In this document: positions 57,836 to 64,000 of the stretch, piece by piece | Position numbering within the stretch: the stretch's first letter is position 1 | Layout of the letters: the number at the start of each line of letters is the position of its first letter | Assembly (NCBI GenBank): GCA_035466775.1 | Contig: DATIUQ010000154.1 | Span: 1,092-65,091 of the forward strand | Reading direction: 5' to 3' | DNA: 64,000 nt | DNA from: Arthrobacter sp. | GTDB lineage: Bacteria; Actinomycetota; Actinomycetes; Actinomycetales; Micrococcaceae | Notes under the pieces: model-generated | What the model was told of the DNA's origin: nothing | Databases searched by the model: none | The model's input: the letters and a program-made list of their open reading frames with translations, nothing else | Translations under genes and position numbers: made by a program

Positions 57836-60376
57836 TCAGCTCCGGCGCAGCCAGCGCACCCGGCGCACCGCCCCGCGGGTCCTTGACCAGGCCCGCGCCA
57901 GGCCGCGCCGGGTGCGCTGTGCTGTGCGGCGGGCGGCGTGGAACGGCGCCGTGGCGGCCCGCCGCCAGACGGCCATGATAGAGGGCGGAAGCCACGCCGC
58001 CCGGAACCGCACGAGCGGACTGGCGTGGTCGCGCAGCGCGGCGCGGACCGCCGCGATCCGGCTGGCGCCCGATGTTTCCGGGACGCTGGTATCACCGCTG
58101 GCGGCGCCGGGTCCGGACGGCGGACGCCCGTATTGCCGGCGTTCAAAGTCCGCCGTGAGGGACGTGACAGCCTGGTGGCTGTCCGCGCCCGGGCCTTCCG
58201 GCCCTCCGAGGACCCCCGCGGAGCGCAGTCTTTCGGAGAAATGGCGTGGCGTCTCACTGGTCCGTGGGGCCAGGCCGTAATCCATGGCGAGGTCGCGCAG
58301 TTCTGCCCAGGCCTGCACCGCTGCCGCGCCCTCTCCCCGGGCACCGTTCAGCCGGCGGCGCCGGCGTGCGGTCCGCGCCAGGTGCGGGGACGCCAGCAGC
58401 AGGCCGAGGAGCAGCAGCGCCCCGGCGGCATAGAGTACGGGGAGCATCCGTCCCACCGGGTCCGCCTGGGTGGCAGCGCCGGGGAGCGGCAGCGGCGCCA
58501 CGGTGGGCAGCGGTGTGGGGTTGGGGGTGCTGCCAGGGAAGAGGCCGTCGTTGTTTTCGTTCGTGCTGGCGCCGCTGGGCGCCTGCGCTTCCGTGGCGTA
58601 GGACGGAACCACACCGCGCGACGGGGTCGGCTCGAACGGGACCCAGCCCAGTCCCTGGAAATACAGCTCCGGCCACGCGTGGGCGTCACGGGCATCGACC
58701 TCATACTCCGGCAGGGCACCCTGGCCGCCGATAGAGACCGTGGCGCCGGTCGACCGCCCGGGGGCATAGCCGACGGCGATGCGGCTCGGGATGCCTTCCA
58801 GCCTGGCCATCACGGCCATGGCTGACGCGAAATGGATGCAATAGCCGCTCTTCTGGTTCAGGAAGTCCGCCAGCACGGACAGCCCGTTGCCGTCATAGCC
58901 CCCTTGCACCGGGGACTGCAGGGAGTACGTGAAATCGACGGAGCGCAGGTACCGCTGGATGGCCATGGCCTTTGCATAGGCAGTGGCGCTTCCCGCGGTC
59001 ACGGCCTCGGCGGTGGTGCGCACGATCTCGGGGACGTTCTCGGGCGGCCGGATGAACTGCTCGGGGACGCCCTGCACCGGACCCGTGGCCTGGGCCAGCA
59101 GGTCCGGGGTGAGCTGCGGGGCGACGGAGAGCACCACGTACTGCTGGTCGCGCGTGTTCGCGTCGACCCCCTTGATGCTCAGGGTGGCGGGATCCCAGCT
59201 CCAGCGGCCGGTAAGGCCGTTGACGGCCTCGGGGGCGTAGGGCGCCGGCAGGTAGGGGCTGGTGAACTGGCCGGTGTTGACCGCTGTGACCACACGGACC
59301 TCCGTGGCGATGGACTCGAAGCCCGAGTCCATCCGCCCCGTGCCCATCCGGCGCGTGTCGTCGCGGTCATCCGGCGCCCAGTTGTCGCCGTTGAAACTGT
59401 CCACGGTCACGGAGCGCAGGTACGGGGTGCTGGGCGCGTTGGTGGCAAAGGTGATGCGGCCGTCGCCGGTGGGGCTGCGCAGGCTGTTGCCGAGGCTGAT
59501 CATCGGGTTGAGCCCCGACGCGCTGCCGAAGGGATTCAGCCGCGAGCCTTGCGGGAACGTCCCCTGGTCGAACCCCGGGATCACCAGTTGGAGCAGCAGG
59601 GTGACCGTCAGCGCCACGGCGCCGGTCAGGGCTCCGCGCCGGAACTGGCCCGGGTTCGGGGCGGTGTCGGCGCCGGTCCGAGGGTCGGGCGCGAACCAGT
59701 GGCTGCAGCCGAGGATCAGGAGGTAGCCGGCGGCGGCGACGGCGAAGCCCAACGCGCCGACGCTCTGCGGCTTGATCATCGCGGGAACGATCAGGATGGC
59801 GAGGATCCCGAGGCCGCTCGTGGCCGGCAGGGCCAGGGGATAGGCGAGGGCATCGACCAGGATGACCAGCAGCCCCAGGGCGGCGCAGACCAGCAGGACG
59901 ATCCCGGCATTGGGGGCCACCGGCGCACTTTCCCCGAGGACCGTCTCACTGGCCCGGCGCAGGTACCGTCCCAGTTGTGTCATTGTGGCGCCGGACGGAA
60001 TGAAGCCCAGGATGCTGTGCGGGCGGAAAAAGGTGAACGTCAGGATCAGCACGAGCGCCGCGAAGGCCCCGGCCGTCACGAACACACTGGGCCACCGGAG
60101 CGCACGGAGCCCGGCCATCGTGAAGGCCACCGTGAGGACCGTCGAGAGGACAGGGGAGTACCAGGCCCATCCCCGCAGCACCCCATTCAGGCTCAGCGCC
60201 GCGCCCGCGACGGCGATTGCCACGGCGAGTGCCATGAGCCAGGGCTGTGCGCCGACCTTCGCCCGGGCTGTCCGTGTCCCCGGGAAGGAACCCGGCCCCA
60301 CAGGGGGGCCGCCGCCCGCGGACGCCCCGGACTGGCCGGGGTGCGCGCCCGTGCTGCGCTGTGGTGTCAGTGTCAT
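57836..60376 (-). CDS. Membrane transglutaminase-like protein (DUF3488/TgpA type)
   Basis: N-terminal TM bundle; GYCIHFASAM, AHAWPELYF and WVPFEPTP; ATG 60376 overlaps the DUF58 stop. Confidence 0.88.
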   Translation of the reverse strand: MTLTPQRSTGAHPGQSGASAGGGPPVGPGSFPGTRTARAKVGAQPWLMALAVAIAVAGAALSLNGVLRGWAWYSPVLSTVLTVAFTMAGLRALRWPSVFVTAGAFAALVLILTFTFFRPHSILGFIPSGATMTQLGRYLRRASETVLGESAPVAPNAGIVLLVCAALGLLVILVDALAYPLALPATSGLGILAILIVPAMIKPQSVGALGFAVAAAGYLLILGCSHWFAPDPRTGADTAPNPGQFRRGALTGAVALTVTLLLQLVIPGFDQGTFPQGSRLNPFGSASGLNPMISLGNSLRSPTGDGRITFATNAPSTPYLRSVTVDSFNGDNWAPDDRDDTRRMGTGRMDSGFESIATEVRVVTAVNTGQFTSPYLPAPYAPEAVNGLTGRWSWDPATLSIKGVDANTRDQQYVVLSVAPQLTPDLLAQATGPVQGVPEQFIRPPENVPEIVRTTAEAVTAGSATAYAKAMAIQRYLRSVDFTYSLQSPVQGGYDGNGLSVLADFLNQKSGYCIHFASAMAVMARLEGIPSRIAVGYAPGRSTGATVSIGGQGALPEYEVDARDAHAWPELYFQGLGWVPFEPTPSRGVVPSYATEAQAPSGASTNENNDGLFPGSTPNPTPLPTVAPLPLPGAATQADPVGRMLPVLYAAGALLLLGLLLASPHLARTARRRRRLNGARGEGAAAVQAWAELRDLAMDYGLAPRTSETPRHFSERLRSAGVLGGPEGPGADSHQAVTSLTADFERRQYGRPPSGPGAASGDTSVPETSGASRIAAVRAALRDHASPLVRFRAAWLPPSIMAVWRRAATAPFHAARRTAQRTRRGLARAWSRTRGAVRRVRWLRRS

Positions 60377-61884
60377 GGCCGGGCCCTCGATCCGCGCCGC
60401 ACATCGGTTGCCGCTGCCATCGTGTCGGCCCCGCCCTGGTCGAAGGCCGTCCACGCGGCGGGCAACGACGTCGAGGGGGTCACGGCGACCGCCCGCCAGC
60501 CGCCGAGCCGGAGGGTTTCGAGCACGTCGTCGAGTTCCCGGCCGCGCTCTGTGATGACCAGTGCAAACGCGTTCGCGGCAAAGCCGGCCGCCGGGGACAA
60601 CGCGCGGGCCTCGGTTGGCGTGATGTTTCCCAGGATCGCCAGCACCGGCCCCCGCATCCGGTGGGCGGCCAGTTTGTCCATGAGACGGTCGTCGAACGGC
60701 TGCGGGCCGGCCTCGGCCCCTGCGGGGTGGCGGCCGCGCGCCAGGGGGGAGCCGGCATCCCTGGTGTCCCTGCGGTGGTGGGGCCCGGTCAGCTGGATCG
60801 CTGCCAGGCTCTCGGCGACGGACTGCAGCCCGGCGGCGCCGATGTACTCTTCGGACTCCGGTTCGGGGGCTGACGGTGAATGCTGGAATGCGGGCTCGCC
60901 GGCGGCGTCGAGGAAGCGCAGGGCGTAGTTCCGTTCCGCCAGATGGGCGCCGATGGACATCGCGGCCGTCACAGCCCACTCGAAGGTGTCGCTGGTGATG
61001 AGCTCGTGGCCGTCAGGGGCTCCGGCGCCGCCACGCTGGTCGGTTCCCCGGTGGTCCGTCCCGCGCGGGCCGGCGCCGAACGGGTGGAGGGCGCGCGCAG
61101 TCGAGCCGGCCGAGAACGCGCCGCGGGTAAAGGCCGTGAGCCGCTGGTCCAGGATGATGGTCGCCTCCGGAGTGGTGACGGACTCCTCCTGGCGGACCAT
61201 CAGTTCCCCGTGCCGTGCCGTCGCTGCCCAATGCACGCGGCGCATCGGATCACCATGGCGGTACTCCCGGGTCATGACGTCATCGTCGCTCGGGTTGGCC
61301 CGGACGCGTGTGGCGGTGACGCCGTCGTGCCCCCTGGCGCCGGCCAGCCCGGTGACGGGAAGTTCGACGGCGGCGGGCGTGACGGTGAGGATGTCGCCGT
61401 CGTCGATGGCGTGGCGGTGCAGGGACAGCCCGAAGGGGTCGCTGAACTCGGCGGTGACCGGCCCGATCACGAACTGGCCGCGTTTCCCGGAGCGCAAATG
61501 GTATTCGTACCGGCTGGTCCCGCCCGCGGCCGACCTTGCCGGGAACCGGAATACCGGGGACTCCCCGAACCGGGCGGGCAGGCGCTCCTCCATGAGGGCG
61601 TGGCCGGAGCCAATTCCGGTCCGGGCGACGGCCAGCCGGACCGTCGTTGTGGCCGCCGTTTCGACGCTTGCGGGGCTGAACTCCCGGTAGACCTGGAAGT
61701 TCGGCTTGAGCACCCGGGTTCCGGCCAGCGAGAGCACCGGCAGGACAAACAGCAGGATCGCCAGTGCCAGCAGGTCGCGGCGTCCCATCACCTGGGCCGC
61801 GAGCAGGAAAACCGCGCCCGCGCCCAGCAGTCCCCAGCCGCGGGTTGTGAAGATGTGACTCGGGAACCGGTCGATCAGCGCCAC
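60373..61884 (-). CDS. DUF58 domain protein
   Basis: DPFGL, REYRHGDPMRRVHWAATAR..LMVRQEE and ILDQR. Confidence 0.88.
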   Translation of the reverse strand: MALIDRFPSHIFTTRGWGLLGAGAVFLLAAQVMGRRDLLALAILLFVLPVLSLAGTRVLKPNFQVYREFSPASVETAATTTVRLAVARTGIGSGHALMEERLPARFGESPVFRFPARSAAGGTSRYEYHLRSGKRGQFVIGPVTAEFSDPFGLSLHRHAIDDGDILTVTPAAVELPVTGLAGARGHDGVTATRVRANPSDDDVMTREYRHGDPMRRVHWAATARHGELMVRQEESVTTPEATIILDQRLTAFTRGAFSAGSTARALHPFGAGPRGTDHRGTDQRGGAGAPDGHELITSDTFEWAVTAAMSIGAHLAERNYALRFLDAAGEPAFQHSPSAPEPESEEYIGAAGLQSVAESLAAIQLTGPHHRRDTRDAGSPLARGRHPAGAEAGPQPFDDRLMDKLAAHRMRGPVLAILGNITPTEARALSPAAGFAANAFALVITERGRELDDVLETLRLGGWRAVAVTPSTSLPAAWTAFDQGGADTMAAATDVRRGSRARP

Positions 61885-61895
61885 GGCAGGGCCAC

Positions 61896-63053
61896 CTAGC
61901 GGCGGTGCGGCAAGGTGGCCGCCGCAGCGGCCGCTACGGGGTCGGCCTTGCCACGGGCGGCACGGCCGGCGGAGGCGGGCGCCGCCGCAGCCATTTCGGG
62001 GCTGACCGGGAGCTTCGCCAGGACGGCACGGATGACGCTTTGGGCCGTCTCGCCGGAGCTCGCCGCTTTGCGGTCCAAAATGATCCGGTGGGCCAGGACG
62101 GATTCGGCAACACTGACGACGTCGTCCGGCAGCACGAAGTCCCGGCCCTCCAGAGCCGCCGTGGCCTTGGCCGCACGCAGCAGCTGGAGCATGGAACGGG
62201 GGCTGGCGCCGAGCCGGAGCATCCCGCTTTCCCTCGTCGCGCGGCCCAGGGACACGGTGTATTCCTTGATCGACTGGGAGACATAGACCTGCTGCACCGT
62301 GGCGATCATGGACGCGACCTCGCCGGCGGTGACGACGGCGGTGACCTTGGTCAGCGGGGACGTCGACTGGTGGGTTTCCAGCATTTCCATCTCGGCGTCC
62401 TTGTCCGGGTACCCCATGGAGATGCGTGCCATGAAACGGTCCCGCTGCGCCTCCGGGAGCGGGTAGGTTCCCTCCATTTCAATGGGGTTCTGCGTGGCCA
62501 CCACCATAAAGGGCTCATCGAGCTTGTAGGACTTGCCGTCCACGGTGACCTGGTGCTCCTCCATGCATTCCAGCAGGGCCGACTGCGTCTTCGCCGAGGC
62601 GCGGTTGATTTCGTCGCCGATGACGATGTTGGCGAACACCGCACCGGGCCGGAACTCAAAGGACCGGGAGGCCTGGTTGTAGATGGACACGCCCGTCACA
62701 TCCGAGGGGAGCAGATCGGGGGTGAACTGGATGCGGCTCACTGAACAGTCGATCGTGCGGGCCAGTGTCTTCGCCAGCAGGGTCTTGCCGACGCCCGGGA
62801 CGTCCTCAAGGAGCAGATGGCCCTGGGCCAGCAGCACCGTCAGGGCCAGTTTGGCCGCTTCCGCCTTGCCATCGATCACGGTGTTGATCGCGGTCAGGAT
62901 GCGCTCGCTGGCGGAGCTGAAAGCTTCCGCGTCCATGGCCACAGGCAGCTGGGCCGGACGCCGGCTACCCGGGCGTCCAGTCACGGCAGGGTCTTCCCTG
63001 ATGCCCTGGCCCTCAGGGAGGACTTCGTCTAGGGAGATGCGGTGGTAGTCCAT
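61896..63053 (-). CDS. moxR: MoxR family AAA+ ATPase
   Basis: EDVPGVGKT, QFTPDLLPSD, DEINRA, ATQNP and YPLPEAQRDRF; start approximate. Confidence 0.92.
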   Translation of the reverse strand: MDYHRISLDEVLPEGQGIREDPAVTGRPGSRRPAQLPVAMDAEAFSSASERILTAINTVIDGKAEAAKLALTVLLAQGHLLLEDVPGVGKTLLAKTLARTIDCSVSRIQFTPDLLPSDVTGVSIYNQASRSFEFRPGAVFANIVIGDEINRASAKTQSALLECMEEHQVTVDGKSYKLDEPFMVVATQNPIEMEGTYPLPEAQRDRFMARISMGYPDKDAEMEMLETHQSTSPLTKVTAVVTAGEVASMIATVQQVYVSQSIKEYTVSLGRATRESGMLRLGASPRSMLQLLRAAKATAALEGRDFVLPDDVVSVAESVLAHRIILDRKAASSGETAQSVIRAVLAKLPVSPEMAAAAPASAGRAARGKADPVAAAAAATLPHRR

Positions 63054-63128
63054 CGGTAGCCTTTCAGCCCTGGTGGTTTCCCGGGACGGATCGGCATGGA
63101 GCATGCCGGGCCACTCGTCGGGTGGTTG

Positions 63129-63190
63129 CCTGTGTTCCTGACCGTCTGTTTCCTAGCCGTCTGTTCTCTGACCTGTGTTTCTTGCCCGTT
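63129..63190. repeat. 4 degenerate 13-15 bp direct repeats upstream of moxR
   Basis: cctgtgttcctgac / cgtctgtttcctagc / cgtctgttctctgac / ctgtgtttcttgc. Confidence 0.65.
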
Positions 63191-63389
63191 GCAATAGCCA
63201 CTGTTTATAACAGAGTACTAACACAACTGCCGGGCCTGACAGAGAGTTCCGGGGAAATATCTGCCGGCCCTGCCGGGGACTTGGCGCGGGCAATTGGCGC
63301 GGCAAGCGGCGCGCGAAATGGCGCAGGCGGGTTAACTCGCGGCGCGGGCCGGGTGCGTCCGGGCCAGGGACCGCCGATAGGGTAGAAAC

Positions 63390-64000
63390 ATGAGCAATCC
63401 CCTGACGCCCGTCCCGTTCCGTGCGCCCGACAGTGACGGCACCGGCAGGCAGGGATACCCGCCGGCGCCGGAGCCCCTTCCGGTTCCGGTCATGGACAAC
63501 CACACGCATCTGGATTTCCCCACAGAGGGACTGAAGGTCAGCATCGGCGACGCCCTGGATGCCGCCGAAGCCGTCGGGGTCCGCGGCGCCGTGCAGGTGG
63601 GCTGCGACCTTGAATCGTCCCGGTTTACCGTGCGGGCAGTGGAGCTGGATGCGCGCCTCCTGGGCGCCGTCGCCCTGCACCCCAATGATGCCCCGGAGTA
63701 CGCCGCCCGCGGCGAACTGGAGGAGGCCCTGGCCGAGATCGAGGCCCTCGCGGCGCACCCGCGGATCCGGGCCATCGGCGAGACCGGGCTGGATTTCTTC
63801 CGCACGGAGGGCGAGGGGCTGGCCCACCAGCGCTATTCCTTCCGCCGCCACATCGATATTGCCAAGCGCCTCGGGCTGACGCTGCAAATCCACGACCGTG
63901 ACGCCCACGACGACGTCGTCCAGGTGCTGCGGGAGGAGGGCGCCCCCGAGCGGGTGGTGTTCCACTGTTTTTCCGGCGGGGACGAGCTGGCCCGGATCTG
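63390..64000 (+). CDS. tatD: TatD family hydrolase, 5' part; runs off the window
   Basis: MDNHTHLD, ALHPN, IGETGLDFF, QIHDRDAH and VFHCFSG; TAGGGT-N6-ATG. Confidence 0.9.
   Translation, partial: MSNPLTPVPFRAPDSDGTGRQGYPPAPEPLPVPVMDNHTHLDFPTEGLKVSIGDALDAAEAVGVRGAVQVGCDLESSRFTVRAVELDARLLGAVALHPNDAPEYAARGELEEALAEIEALAAHPRIRAIGETGLDFFRTEGEGLAHQRYSFRRHIDIAKRLGLTLQIHDRDAHDDVVQVLREEGAPERVVFHCFSGGDELARI

Overview
High-GC actinobacterial chromosome segment. Gene content and order suggest Micrococcaceae (Arthrobacter/Pseudarthrobacter-like); this is an inference. It is mostly core genome: a branched-chain amino acid ABC operon, galK/aldose epimerase, ilvA, the conserved greA-mca-yyaL-hlyIII-Z-prenyltransferase-phoH2-fumC-glpX block, galE, a cell-envelope block (femX-manA-LCP-purE-purK-gtrA-whiB-GT2-DUF5719), ahcY, an L,D-transpeptidase, pmt/rsmI, gabD, a moxR-DUF58-transglutaminase module and the start of tatD. 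I saw no rRNA, tRNA, transposase, integrase or cas gene. The most unusual non-coding feature is a ~520 bp array between convergent galE and femX: 11 regularly spaced near-palindromic GG(A/G)CATG(C/T)CC(A/G)G cores, including three 79-bp dyad modules of identical geometry. Other candidates are a large GT2 protein with a YfhO-like C-terminus that appears to need an ATT start overlapping the whiB stop, small upstream ORFs before phoH2 and galK, DnaA boxes in the greA promoter, twin CRP/GlxR-like boxes, and many leaderless genes. All family assignments come from motif recognition by eye, with no database searches.
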